A stretch of 64,000 bases of DNA from a candidate division WOR-3 bacterium (GCA_965649205.1 CBFGJV010000002.1:32001-96000); one strand, 5' to 3'. Positions 46,434 through 55,730 are shown, counted from the first letter of the stretch. Program-made: numbers and translations. The notes: generated by a model from the letters alone, not told the origin.

Positions 46434-47864
46434 CTACCTGATCCAGCGACGACGTTCTGCCTCAAGACGGATGAGGTCCTTTCTGGTAATGCCGGTGGGA
46501 TACTTGCCGATGAAACAGGCAGTGCAGAAATTTCTGTTTGAGTCGTCGCCCCGCACTGCGGTTACCAGGCCCTCGAAGGTCTGGTATATCAGCTCGTCAA
46601 CGCCTATTTTTTCCCTGATTTTGTTTAGAGGTAGCCGACGGGCGATGAACTCTCCGCGGGTCATCATATCTATGCCGTACACGCAGGGATGGCGCAGCGG
46701 TGGAGCAGTAATCGCCAGATACACTCTTCGCGCACCTGCTTCCCGGACCATTTGCACTATCTCCCGGGAAGTGGTGCCCCGCACGATGGAATCGTCCACC
46801 AGCAACACGTCCTCGCCTTTTACCTGCGAGCGGACCGGATTCAACTTCTGGCGGACCGATTGAATGCGCTGTTTCTGGCCGGGCATGATGAAGGTGCGGT
46901 GCACGTAGCGGTTCTTGATGAGACCTTCGCTCAGCCGCACCCCCAGACACGGAGCCAAGCAGTGGGCTGCGGCTCGGGCCGTATCCGGAACAGGTATGAC
47001 CACGGTTGGTCTGATGCCTCTCCGTTTAATTTCCGCGGCGAGTTTTTCGCCTAGGCGCAGCCGCGCCTGGTATACTTCGATGCCGTCAAGGACAGAGTCG
47101 GGCCGGGCAAAATACACATACTCGAAGATACAGGGACGCGGAGTGGCGGGCGCGAGCAGACGTGTGTGTATGCGACCGGCAGAGTCGATGAAGACAGCTT
47201 CGCCGGGCAGTACATCGCGGAAGCGACGAAAGCCCAGCCGGTCCAGAGCTACGCTTTCCGAGGCAAAGCAGAATTCACTTCTGCGCCGGCCGAACACTAG
47301 GGGTTTGATCCCGTAGGGGTCGCGGAAGGCCAGCATTCCTTTCCCCTGGATGAGTCCCACTACAGAATAGGAACCCTGCACCCGTCGGAAAACACCGCTT
47401 ATGGCCTGGAAAACAGAGTCTGGTCCGAAGCAGGACAGGTCAGTTTTCTCCAGCTCCTGAGCGAAGACATTGAGGATAGGCTCTAAATCGGAGAAGCTTG
47501 TAAGCTGCCGTCTGTCTTTTAGCGTGAGCGAACGTCTGAGGTCGTAGTAGTTGGTCACATTTCCGTTGTGCACCATGGCGATACCGAAGGGATGATTCAG
47601 AAAGAAGGGCTGGGCGTCTTCGTCAGAGCCAGGGCCTACCGTGGGATAGCGTACATGGCCGATGCCCACATGGCCGGTTAACCGGGCCAGGTTTTTCTCG
47701 TTGAAAACCATAGCCACAGTACCATTGCCTTTCTTCAGATGGAAGGTTATATCCGAGGTAACTATGCCGGCTGAATCCTGGCCGCGATGTTGCAGGGCCA
47801 CCAGTCCTTCCACCAGACTTTTGGCTACAGGCTGGTGCAGGCGAAGACCGAGTACGCCACACAT
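46434..47864 (-). CDS. purF: Amidophosphoribosyltransferase
   Basis: N-terminal MCG, LQHRGQ, GHVRYPT, HNGN, CIFEYVYFARPDS, VDDSIVRGTTS. Confidence 0.97.
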   Translation of the reverse strand: MCGVLGLRLHQPVAKSLVEGLVALQHRGQDSAGIVTSDITFHLKKGNGTVAMVFNEKNLARLTGHVGIGHVRYPTVGPGSDEDAQPFFLNHPFGIAMVHNGNVTNYYDLRRSLTLKDRRQLTSFSDLEPILNVFAQELEKTDLSCFGPDSVFQAISGVFRRVQGSYSVVGLIQGKGMLAFRDPYGIKPLVFGRRRSEFCFASESVALDRLGFRRFRDVLPGEAVFIDSAGRIHTRLLAPATPRPCIFEYVYFARPDSVLDGIEVYQARLRLGEKLAAEIKRRGIRPTVVIPVPDTARAAAHCLAPCLGVRLSEGLIKNRYVHRTFIMPGQKQRIQSVRQKLNPVRSQVKGEDVLLVDDSIVRGTTSREIVQMVREAGARRVYLAITAPPLRHPCVYGIDMMTRGEFIARRLPLNKIREKIGVDELIYQTFEGLVTAVRGDDSNRNFCTACFIGKYPTGITRKDLIRLEAERRRWIR

Positions 47865-47870
47865 GGTCGG

Positions 47871-47898
47871 ATTCTAGGACGGGACGGTTACAAGTCAA
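47871..47898 (-). promoter_or_regulatory. Promoter of a probably leaderless purF transcript
   Basis: TTGACT-N16-TAGAAT with the ATG only 6 nt downstream and no SD sequence. Confidence 0.65.
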
Positions 47899-47939
47899 AT
47901 ACAGTCCCTGTGGGGTGTTGCGGCGTCGTTGCGGCGATA

Positions 47940-49151
47940 CTAGGAGGTCTGCTTGCGCACCAGGCGCAGAAAGCGGCGCTTGCCTATTTTGAGAATGCGC
48001 GGTGCAGATTCCACCTTCACTATCAAGTTCGGGTCGGTCACACGCACCGCATCCAGATGAAACGCTCCCTCAGCCAGTTTCCGTCGGGCTTCGCTTTTGG
48101 AAGGCAATAGACCTGATTCTACAGCTATAGCAATTATGTTACTGCCTTCGGGCGGTACCGCATACTCCGGCATTTCCTCGGGCAGCCCCTTTTCCCGGAA
48201 CACCTGATTGAATTCCTCTTCTGCCTGCCGGGCTTCCGCGGCGGAATGGTAAATGGTCACTATTTCCCGGGCCAGTTCTGCCTTAAGGTCGCGCGGATTC
48301 TCGGTCCGCAGCCGTTTTTCCAGTTCGGCCAGTTCTGCCTCTGTGCGGTCGGTGCACAGACGGAAATAGTCCATAATCAGCGTATCTGGTATGGACATAA
48401 GCTTACCGAACATCTCAGCGGGCGGGTCGGATATGCTTACATAGTTGCCATAGGACTTGGACATTTTCTGTCGGCCATCAAGGCCCAAAAGCAGAGGCAC
48501 AGTCATTACCACCTGTGGTTCCTGGCCGAATTCTCGTTGCAGCTCGCGGCCTACCAAAAGATTCCAGTACTGGTCTGAACCGCCTAGCTCTATGTCTGCC
48601 TGGACTGCCACCGAATCGTAGCCCTGGAACAGGGGATAAAGCAGTTCGTGCACGTGTATGGGCACGCCCTTCTCCAGCCGCGATTTGAAATCTTCGCGTT
48701 CAATCAGACGAGCCAGGGTGTAACGCGAAGCTATATGCACCAGCTGCTTGCCCGTAAGCGGGTCGGACCATTCCGAGTTGTAGCGGAATTCACATCGGTC
48801 CGGACGCAGAATCTTGAAGGCTTGCTCCCGGTAACGTTGCAGGTTTTTCTGTATTTCTTCTTCTGTAAGCTGAGGTCTGGTCTTGGAGCGGCCGGTAGGG
48901 TCTCCGATTCTGCCAGTGAAATCGCCCACGATGAGCACGGCCGTATGTCCTGCATCCTGAAACTGACGCAGTTTGCGCAGAGGCACAGCAAAGCCGAGAT
49001 GGATGTCCGGGCCGGAAGCGTCTATGCCGAGTTTTACCCGCAGGGGTCGTCCGGTTCTCTCTGCCTTTTCCAGTTTGGCGACCAGCTCCTGCTCTGTTTC
49101 CAGGCGATCTACTCCTCGGAGAAGCAGGGCAAGGTTGGTGGCGGAATGCAT
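47940..49151 (-). CDS. tyrS: Tyrosine--tRNA ligase
   Basis: KLG.D....DIHLG, IGDPTGR, YPL.QGYDS, GG.DQ, KMSKS, C-terminal S4 domain. Confidence 0.96.
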   Translation of the reverse strand: MHSATNLALLLRGVDRLETEQELVAKLEKAERTGRPLRVKLGIDASGPDIHLGFAVPLRKLRQFQDAGHTAVLIVGDFTGRIGDPTGRSKTRPQLTEEEIQKNLQRYREQAFKILRPDRCEFRYNSEWSDPLTGKQLVHIASRYTLARLIEREDFKSRLEKGVPIHVHELLYPLFQGYDSVAVQADIELGGSDQYWNLLVGRELQREFGQEPQVVMTVPLLLGLDGRQKMSKSYGNYVSISDPPAEMFGKLMSIPDTLIMDYFRLCTDRTEAELAELEKRLRTENPRDLKAELAREIVTIYHSAAEARQAEEEFNQVFREKGLPEEMPEYAVPPEGSNIIAIAVESGLLPSKSEARRKLAEGAFHLDAVRVTDPNLIVKVESAPRILKIGKRRFLRLVRKQTS

Positions 49152-49153
49152 GA

Positions 49154-49636
49154 TTACAGTTGGAAGTCGCCCAACTGTTCCGGATCAAGAGAGCGGAGCC
49201 GGGAGCGGATTTCGGCCAGTTTTTCTTCGTCTTCGGGCGAAACTAGCTGGCCAGCCTTGTCCATTACTTCTTCGGCCACGAAGATAGGGGCCTTGGTTCG
49301 TAAAGCCAGGCCGATAGAATCGGACGGTCTTGCGTCAATGACTATTATCCTGCCCTGGGTTTCGACAACTACATCTGCGTAGTAGGTATCGTCCTCAATA
49401 CGAGATACTATTACTCGTTTTAATTTGCCCTCCAGTCCTTCCACGAGCAGTTTCATCAGGTCCAGTGTAAGAGGGCGGGTAAAGGGCGTGTCCTGCAGAG
49501 CGTAGGCTATGGCGGACGCTTCGTAGGGGCCGATGTAGATGGGGAGCAGACGGTTGCCCTCCAGTTCTCGCAAGAGAACTACGGGAGAATTATTTGAGCT
49601 GTCCAAGAGCAGTCCTTCAACCCGGACTTCAATCAC
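49154..49636 (-). CDS. Bifunctional nuclease family (DUF151)
   Basis: LPIYIG..EA.AI, RPLT.DL, DARPSD.I.LALR. Confidence 0.9.
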   Translation of the reverse strand: MIEVRVEGLLLDSSNNSPVVLLRELEGNRLLPIYIGPYEASAIAYALQDTPFTRPLTLDLMKLLVEGLEGKLKRVIVSRIEDDTYYADVVVETQGRIIVIDARPSDSIGLALRTKAPIFVAEEVMDKAGQLVSPEDEEKLAEIRSRLRSLDPEQLGDFQL

Positions 49637-49713
49637 AGAACAATCAGCAGACTGGGGAGAAAAACCAAAACCTGATTCTGCTGTTTCGGAGAAAGATGAG
49701 GCGCGCTGGGTTT

Positions 49714-50172
49714 TCAGGCATGGGAATAAGGGGAGACTTCAGCCACCCAGACCTTGACAGTCGCTACGACTTCGTGCCCCAGCTTTACTGGTATATCGTA
49801 AGTGCCGGGATGTTTAATCGGTTCTTCCAGGACGATGGAGTGTCGGTCCACCTTGTATCCCTGCTGGGCCAGAAGTTCACAGATGTCAGCGTTGGTAATG
49901 GCGCCGAATGCCCCTTCTTCTCCCATTTTTAGCTCGGCCTTCAACACCAGTTGCCCCAGCTTCTCGGCTAGACCTGCCAGGCGTTGTCTGGTCTTTTCTT
50001 CTTTAGTGGCAAGCTGGCGTTGCAGGGCAGATAACTGTTTCATCTGTGCCGGAGTGGCGCGCAGAGCTAGGCGGCGAGGAAGCAAATAATTGCGGGCGTA
50101 CCCGTCCTTCACGGTTACGACCTGGCCTCTTGTTCCCAGTCGGTCAATATTTTCCAGTAAAATTACCTTCAT
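49714..50172 (-). CDS. rplI: 50S ribosomal protein L9
   Basis: [19 protein letters not shown]. Confidence 0.96.
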   Translation of the reverse strand: MKVILLENIDRLGTRGQVVTVKDGYARNYLLPRRLALRATPAQMKQLSALQRQLATKEEKTRQRLAGLAEKLGQLVLKAELKMGEEGAFGAITNADICELLAQQGYKVDRHSIVLEEPIKHPGTYDIPVKLGHEVVATVKVWVAEVSPYSHA

Positions 50173-50417
50173 GATATCACGTAGGGCAGAAGCGCCAGGT
50201 TGCGGGCAATCTTGATGGCCCGGGTTAGAAGCCTCTGGTGTCGGGCACAGGTACCCGAGAGCTTGGAGGAAACAATCTTGCCTCTCTCGGTAAGAAAATT
50301 ACGCAGACTCTGGTCCCGGTAATCTATGTATTTGACGTCCCGCTCGCAGAAACTGCAGGTACGGCGGTGCCTGCTTGCCGGCCGTCGCGGTCTTGTGGAA
50401 TTGGTTCGCTTCATCAT
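50169..50417 (-). CDS. rpsR: 30S ribosomal protein S18 (zinc-binding form)
   Basis: CSFC, IDYRD, TERGKI, CARHQR, AIK.AR..ALLPY. Confidence 0.96.
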   Translation of the reverse strand: MMKRTNSTRPRRPASRHRRTCSFCERDVKYIDYRDQSLRNFLTERGKIVSSKLSGTCARHQRLLTRAIKIARNLALLPYVIS

Positions 50418-50471
50418 AAGTGGTTGAAGGATAGGAGAATCCTAGAGAAAGTCAAGATGCTAACGTGCGGG

Positions 50472-50912
50472 TCAGCATTCTTCTTCGTCTTCTGGGGTTA
50501 TTTCCAGTAATACCCCTTTGTCTTTCAGCCGGGTACGTAATGATTCGGACAAACCTTCTACGCGGCATTGGCACCAGCGCTCATATTCGGCTTTGCTGTC
50601 ACGTAGAGTCTGGCGGAAGGCACGAAAGGGGTTCTGCTTGTCCAGAGCTGAAATCAGCTTGGCACGGAGTTCCTGATTTGCTACTGTGGTGGCAAAGCGC
50701 TTCATTATGGCAAGCTCCTTTCCCGGGGTTTGGGGAGCAATGCGTACAAAGCGGTTCGGTTCTGCTTTGATCATGGCGAGAATTCGTTCGCGGTTAAAGG
50801 AGAATACGGGCATTATTTCGCCGGTGGAAGTATCAAGGTAATGAGGCGTCTCCGGCATGCGGTTGGTGAGAGCAATAAGCAGCTCGCGGCCTGAGACTTT
50901 TATGGTGCGCAC
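50472..50912 (-). CDS. UPF0158 family protein
   Basis: YLD..TGEI, M..F...V....LR..L..AL....PFR.FR..L, W. Confidence 0.75.
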   Translation of the reverse strand: MRTIKVSGRELLIALTNRMPETPHYLDTSTGEIMPVFSFNRERILAMIKAEPNRFVRIAPQTPGKELAIMKRFATTVANQELRAKLISALDKQNPFRAFRQTLRDSKAEYERWCQCRVEGLSESLRTRLKDKGVLLEITPEDEEEC

Positions 50913-50953
50913 CGCAGGATTCTAGTGTGTTCCGCGTGGGCGTCAATGTGAAA

Positions 50954-52030
50954 CTAGCGCCAGTGAAAGATTTCGCCCGGATAAAAGCGAAACAAGTTTT
51001 CCCGCAGTTCCAGCCAGCCGGGTTTGCCGGCGAGCGTGAAGCGACAGACCGGTCCGGACAGTCCCCTGGCCTCCTCGATAATTCTCAACAGTCTCCATTC
51101 GCCGTCCTGCAAGGCGGCAAAGCCTCTTCCTTTTCCGGTTGTTCCCAGTCCGGGCACAAAAAAGCCGTAGGCTACCAGAGTATCCCCCACGTTGAAAAGC
51201 GAAAGTGGACCTGCAGCCAGTACCTGTTCTTTGGAAAACCAGTTTCGCCAAGGAAAAGGAGTGGTGGTGAGCAAAAGAGAGTCTTCCTGGCGGGTAAGTA
51301 CGGCATAGACACTGGGCTGCAGGGTAGGATAAACGCGGGCCAGCACTGGCAATACGCCCCAGTACTCCTCCAGCCGACAGGCGCCACAAAGGATCGGTTC
51401 TTGTTCCCAGCGCAGGCCGAGAGCATAAGCATTACGGGGAACAAAGGCGGAATCAGAAATGTCATAAAGCCGTACAAGCCTTGCCGACAGAGAAGAATCT
51501 AACGGTGACAGCTCCAGGGTGGCAATCTCTGGTACCGAGTCGTCTTCCAAGTCACATACGACAGCCGCAACCGGCCAGGCTCCGGGCATGGGAACGGTCC
51601 TCTTCCTGATGGAATCTGAGCCGAAACTTACAACTACGCACGATTCAGCGCCGAAAAGCAGGAGCTCGCTCAAACCGTTTCGGTCCAGGTCGCAGACGGT
51701 CCAGGGAGTTGCTCCCAGGCGGGCTGCAGGCACGTTGGAAGAAAGCAACGGTTCACTTTGCCAGACTGGCACAAATTTCTGGCCGGCCAGCCGGAGCAGC
51801 ACCAGGCGATAGAGCTTTGCTTCTGTTTTAGGGCGAAGAGAGCCTGCAGACAAAGTGATGGTGCCCAAAGACTGTTCGGCCAGCACGTCGTCAATGTCAG
51901 TGGAGACAAATCTGGCAGAGACGATAGATGTGATATTTTCCACTGGCGAACGGCCCAGAAGTTCAGCCCCCGGTTCGGCAAGACTCAGAAACAGACTAAG
52001 AGCCAGACCCAAGAGCATTTGTTGTAACAT
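50954..52030 (-). CDS. Exported hypothetical protein with FG-GAP/VCBS-like repeats
   Basis: Signal peptide; CDLDRNGLSEL and CDLEDDSVPEI motifs. Confidence 0.6.
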   Translation of the reverse strand: MLQQMLLGLALSLFLSLAEPGAELLGRSPVENITSIVSARFVSTDIDDVLAEQSLGTITLSAGSLRPKTEAKLYRLVLLRLAGQKFVPVWQSEPLLSSNVPAARLGATPWTVCDLDRNGLSELLLFGAESCVVVSFGSDSIRKRTVPMPGAWPVAAVVCDLEDDSVPEIATLELSPLDSSLSARLVRLYDISDSAFVPRNAYALGLRWEQEPILCGACRLEEYWGVLPVLARVYPTLQPSVYAVLTRQEDSLLLTTTPFPWRNWFSKEQVLAAGPLSLFNVGDTLVAYGFFVPGLGTTGKGRGFAALQDGEWRLLRIIEEARGLSGPVCRFTLAGKPGWLELRENLFRFYPGEIFHWR

Positions 52031-52320
52031 TAGGGTGCAAAGCGCTTTCTGTCAACTCGCTTACACACTTCTCCCCACTTTGGTAATTATGAGCCAGAAA
52101 GATGGTAACTAAAATATATTTATTTCATTGTCCAATTTCGGTTACTATAGTTAAAGCTTATATGAAATTTATTAATATTATTGCAACCAATGCTTGACTT
52201 TTTCGTCTAAGGTCTATAGAATAACATCAAGTCACCGAGATTAGCTCCTGACATGTAGTCAGGGATTGGGTTGGTTTTGTAAGCCAAGGTGAGATATAAT
52301 GAACACTTGGGAGGTCAGTA

Positions 52321-52578
52321 ATGTGTTTGTTATTTAGATTGTTACTTGGTCTGGTGTTTATAATTCTTCTTATGTGGAATTTACCGGGGTTGCCTACGGT
52401 TGGATCGATGCCTGAAGTGGTTGTCAGGGCTTGTCCGCCAGAATATGAATATGAGTCAATCCCGGAAGTGGTAGTTGTGGCCACAGGACCCACGGGAGAG
52501 TTGCCCGAGGTGGTGGTACGGGCAAAAGCTCCACGTCTTGTCAGTGACGCAACTCAGGGTCTTTTTCGTAGCAATTGA
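52321..52578 (+). CDS. Small membrane-anchored/exported protein with three PEVVV repeats
   Basis: GGAGGT RBS; hydrophobic N-terminus; MPEVVVRA, IPEVVVVA, LPEVVVRA; promoter TTGACT-N17-TAGAAT at 52194-52222. Confidence 0.7.
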   Translation: MCLLFRLLLGLVFIILLMWNLPGLPTVGSMPEVVVRACPPEYEYESIPEVVVVATGPTGELPEVVVRAKAPRLVSDATQGLFRSN

Positions 52579-52588
52579 GGAGGTATGA

Positions 52589-52969
52589 TTGAATCAGAAG
52601 AACAGGCTAATCACTCATTGTCCTGTATGCAATTCCGGTATGACCATTACCGAGTTGAGCTGTGACGCCTGTGGTACGACGGTGCGAGGCAGATTCGGCA
52701 TTCCTGAACTGTGTCGGTTGCCCCCCGCCCTCTACCAGTTTCTCATCGTGTTTGTGCGTAACCGCGGCGTGATCAGGGAAGTGGAGCGTGAGCTGGGCAT
52801 CTCCTATCCTACGGTACGTTCCCGGCTGGATGCGCTGCTTTCTGCTCTCGGGTATGCCTCTCCTTCCTCTCGTGCAGAAGTGGACAGAGCTCAGGTGCTT
52901 GAACTTTTGGAAAACGGTGAGATTACGCCTGAGGTAGCGGAGAAGATGCTGAGAGGTGAGCCAGTGTAG
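52589..52969 (+). CDS. DUF2089 family zinc-ribbon/HTH protein
   Basis: CPVC...C..C.T...G.F, G...EVERELGISYPTVRSRLD, C-terminal L..LE.GEIT. Confidence 0.9.
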   Translation: MNQKNRLITHCPVCNSGMTITELSCDACGTTVRGRFGIPELCRLPPALYQFLIVFVRNRGVIREVERELGISYPTVRSRLDALLSALGYASPSSRAEVDRAQVLELLENGEITPEVAEKMLRGEPV

Positions 52970-52993
52970 GGTCTGGACAAAGAGGAGGAAAAT

Positions 52994-53890
52994 TTGCATG
53001 AGGAGAGGGCTAGAATACTTAGGTTGCTGGAGGAGGGGAAGATCACTGCCGACCAAGCAGCCAGATTGATACAGGCACTGGGTGCCGGCCGTACAGAATC
53101 AGAAGAGTTTTCTAGTGGGTTTGGGCATCGGCGCTGGGGAAGGGCTATAGTTGGGGAGCTGGACCGCATACCGGATATTGTGGCCCAGGCGGTTTCCTCG
53201 GCTCTGAGTTCCGGCTGCGGCGCGAGCGAAAAATCCCAGGTGGAGTTTTCGGACAAGAAGAACCTGTTTCTGAAAAGCGTGAGCGGCAATGTGCAGCTGC
53301 TGGGTTGGGACCAGAAACGAATCATTCTGGAGGGAGGTGGGACCTTTATGCGAGTGCGGGAAAAGGGAGACCAGTTGATGGTGCGCTCCATCTCCGGTGA
53401 TATTACCGGTAATGTACCGGCAGAAACTTGTCTGGAAGTCGCTTCTGTTTCCGGGGATATTACCGTGAGCGGGGTGCGTGGTAAATTCGGTCTCAAGAGT
53501 GTATCCGGGAATGTGGAGCTGGCGGATTTCCAGGGAGAGGTGGAAATTGCTTCGGTCTCTGGGGATGTCAGTCTGCTGCGCGTTTCCGGCAGAATGAAGA
53601 TAGAAACTCATTCGGGTGATATAGAGATTCTGCCGGTGGGCGAGTTTGAAGGAGAGGTGGTCACCAAATCAGGAGATATTGAGTTGCGGATGGGGGATGG
53701 GGTCGATGTGTTGCTGGGGGCAGAATGCGAAGAGGCCGGGGAAGTTCACCTGGAGGAAGGACTCGCGGCCGAAGTACTAGAGCAGACCGGACGGTTGGTC
53801 AGGTTGAAGTTTGGTGCAGGCAGTCGAATAATGAAACTGAGAACCCACTGCGCTGATATCAAGGTGCGCAGGGTGGGAAAGGAACCGTGA
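52994..53890 (+). CDS. SHOCT-like plus DUF4097 (Toastrack) beta-repeat protein, YvlB/LiaX-like
   Basis: EER.RIL.LLEEGKITA..A..LI.AL followed by repeated S(V/I)SG(D/N)(I/V). Confidence 0.85.
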   Translation: MHEERARILRLLEEGKITADQAARLIQALGAGRTESEEFSSGFGHRRWGRAIVGELDRIPDIVAQAVSSALSSGCGASEKSQVEFSDKKNLFLKSVSGNVQLLGWDQKRIILEGGGTFMRVREKGDQLMVRSISGDITGNVPAETCLEVASVSGDITVSGVRGKFGLKSVSGNVELADFQGEVEIASVSGDVSLLRVSGRMKIETHSGDIEILPVGEFEGEVVTKSGDIELRMGDGVDVLLGAECEEAGEVHLEEGLAAEVLEQTGRLVRLKFGAGSRIMKLRTHCADIKVRRVGKEP

Positions 53891-53914
53891 AAAAAAGAGA
53901 GAAAGGAGGCAGAA

Positions 53915-54100
53915 ATGATAAGAGGAATTGTATGGGGCCTGGTGGTCATAGCCATAGGACTGTGGATATGGTTGGCTAATCTGGGCGTACTTACATCAGG
54001 CATTGTATTCCGCCGGGACTGGCCGGTGATAATCATAATCATCGGCCTTTTGAGCGTAGCTGAGGCCCTGTCGTGGTACATACGGAGGAGGAAACCATGA
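53915..54100 (+). CDS. LiaF/LiaI-like (DUF5668) two-TM protein
   Basis: WGL..I.IG...WL.NLG...WPVIIIIIGL. Confidence 0.75.
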   Translation: MIRGIVWGLVVIAIGLWIWLANLGVLTSGIVFRRDWPVIIIIIGLLSVAEALSWYIRRRKP

Positions 54101-54360
54101 GGCGTTTGTGGTGGGGGCTGTTCCTGCTGATACTCGGAGTGTGGATATGGCTTTCGCAACTGGGCGTGCCCTATGTTTCTTTTTCCCGTAACTGGCCGCT
54201 CATTCTGATTGCTTTCGGCGTTTACCTTATTGTCCGGACACTAAGACGGAAACGGAGAGACGGACGAGGCAGGGTTAGGGTCATTATTGACCGGTTGGAA
54301 GAAGGGCGCATCGGGGTGGAAGAGGCTATAACCGAAATAATGGGGGATCACGATGACTGA
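54097..54360 (+). CDS. LiaF/LiaI-like two-TM protein with C-terminal SHOCT-like helix
   Basis: WGL.LL.LG..WL..LG...WPLILI..G; LEEGRI.VEEA; ATGA coupling. Confidence 0.75.
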   Translation: MRRLWWGLFLLILGVWIWLSQLGVPYVSFSRNWPLILIAFGVYLIVRTLRRKRRDGRGRVRVIIDRLEEGRIGVEEAITEIMGDHDD

Positions 54361-54712
54361 AGAAATGAGGAGAATCCTTAAGCTTCTGGAAGATAGAAAA
54401 ATAACTGCCGTAGAGGCAGAGAAGCTGATTTCCGCTTTGGAAGCAACAGAAGCCAGTTCAGAGAAGAATCGGTTTCTGAAGGTGAAGGTGTGGGAAAAGG
54501 GAAAAGAGCGGGCGAAGGTCAACGTGACTTTGCCCCTGGCGCTGGTGAAGTGGGGACTGAAGATGGCTCCGGCGTCGGCAAGGGCCAAGATTGCTGAGCA
54601 AGATATAGACCTGCGGATGGTATCTGATGCCTTGGAGAAGGGAATCGTGGGTAAGATTGTGGAAGTGGATGACGAGGCCAGGGGCGAGCATATAGAGGTG
54701 TGGCTGGAGTAA
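54353..54712 (+). CDS. SHOCT-like domain protein of DUF2089 operons
   Basis: EE..RILKLLE..KITA.EA.KL..AL; KVNV.LPL.L; G.IVEVD...E...V..E. Confidence 0.8.
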   Translation: MTEEMRRILKLLEDRKITAVEAEKLISALEATEASSEKNRFLKVKVWEKGKERAKVNVTLPLALVKWGLKMAPASARAKIAEQDIDLRMVSDALEKGIVGKIVEVDDEARGEHIEVWLE

Positions 54713-54773
54713 CTCTGGTCCGGGGAGAAGAGGAAAACAGACCTTGCTCTGAAGAGGAAGGAGACAGAGAATT

Positions 54774-54801
54774 TTGACACTGCCCTGAGAATCGCTATAC
54801 T
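54774..54801 (+). promoter_or_regulatory. Sigma70-type promoter of the peptidoglycan-remodelling operon
   Basis: TTGACA-N16-TATACT. Confidence 0.7.
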
Positions 54802-54815
54802 GGACGCGATTTTTC

Positions 54816-55730
54816 ATGCTCAGGGTTGTTGTTTTTTCTTTTATCTTGCTTGGCCTGGCCGCGGGTTCTAATCTGACCGATTTTGCGGTCCGAGGGGGCG
54901 TAATTCCAGCCACAGTAGATGTGAACGGACAGCCTTATTACTGGAGCCAGTTCGCCCGTTTTCTACTGCCCGGTGAGACATTGCGTTTGCGGCTTCATTC
55001 TGGCAGAGAGGGCAGCGGCTGGATAGCGGCGGCAGGAGAGCTTCTGGAAAAAGACGGTTTTACCCTATGGGTAGCACCTTTTGTGCCTGGTCTTTATCCT
55101 TTGCTGGCGACTGTGGGCAGTACCATTATGCGTCTTAATGCGTTTGTAATGGTACCGGCAGAGCGGGTGAACAACGGCGTTCTGAACGGTTTTTCTATCG
55201 GCAAATACGAACGCACTCCGCCATTTGTCAGATTTGGAAAACCGCGGGGGTTCATCGAGGTTACGGCTGACAATGTGCACACGCCGGTGTCACCTCGGTA
55301 CACTCTGGGCGATTTTGCGCCGCATGTGGAGGGCTATCCCAAGTATATGCTGCTGCGTGAGGAGCTGCTCGTTAAGCTGGAGCTTCTTACCGATTTGGTG
55401 TGTTCCAGGATAAAGGGGCTGGACAGATTGAGCATTCTGAGCGGATACAGGACCCCGGCAGGACACAGACCGGGCAAGAGCAGCGCTCACTATTACGGGG
55501 GCGCGGTGGACGTATTCGTCGATGTCAATCACGACGGCACTATGGACGACTTGAATGGTGATGGTCAGTCCAATGCGGCCGACGCCAAGTTGCTTGCGTC
55601 TTGGGTGGATGAACTGGAAAGTATCTACCCGGAGTTGGTGGGCGGCTGTGGCTGGTATCGCCGTACCAGGTCGCGCGGTCCCTTTGTCCACACTGATGTG
55701 CGTGGCGAACCGATACGCTGGCATCGGTGA
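54816..55730 (+). CDS. Peptidase M15A (D-Ala-D-Ala carboxypeptidase-like zinc peptidase)
   Basis: SGYRTP, S.H.YG.A.D, FVHTDVRG; signal peptide. Confidence 0.85.
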   Translation: MLRVVVFSFILLGLAAGSNLTDFAVRGGVIPATVDVNGQPYYWSQFARFLLPGETLRLRLHSGREGSGWIAAAGELLEKDGFTLWVAPFVPGLYPLLATVGSTIMRLNAFVMVPAERVNNGVLNGFSIGKYERTPPFVRFGKPRGFIEVTADNVHTPVSPRYTLGDFAPHVEGYPKYMLLREELLVKLELLTDLVCSRIKGLDRLSILSGYRTPAGHRPGKSSAHYYGGAVDVFVDVNHDGTMDDLNGDGQSNAADAKLLASWVDELESIYPELVGGCGWYRRTRSRGPFVHTDVRGEPIRWHR

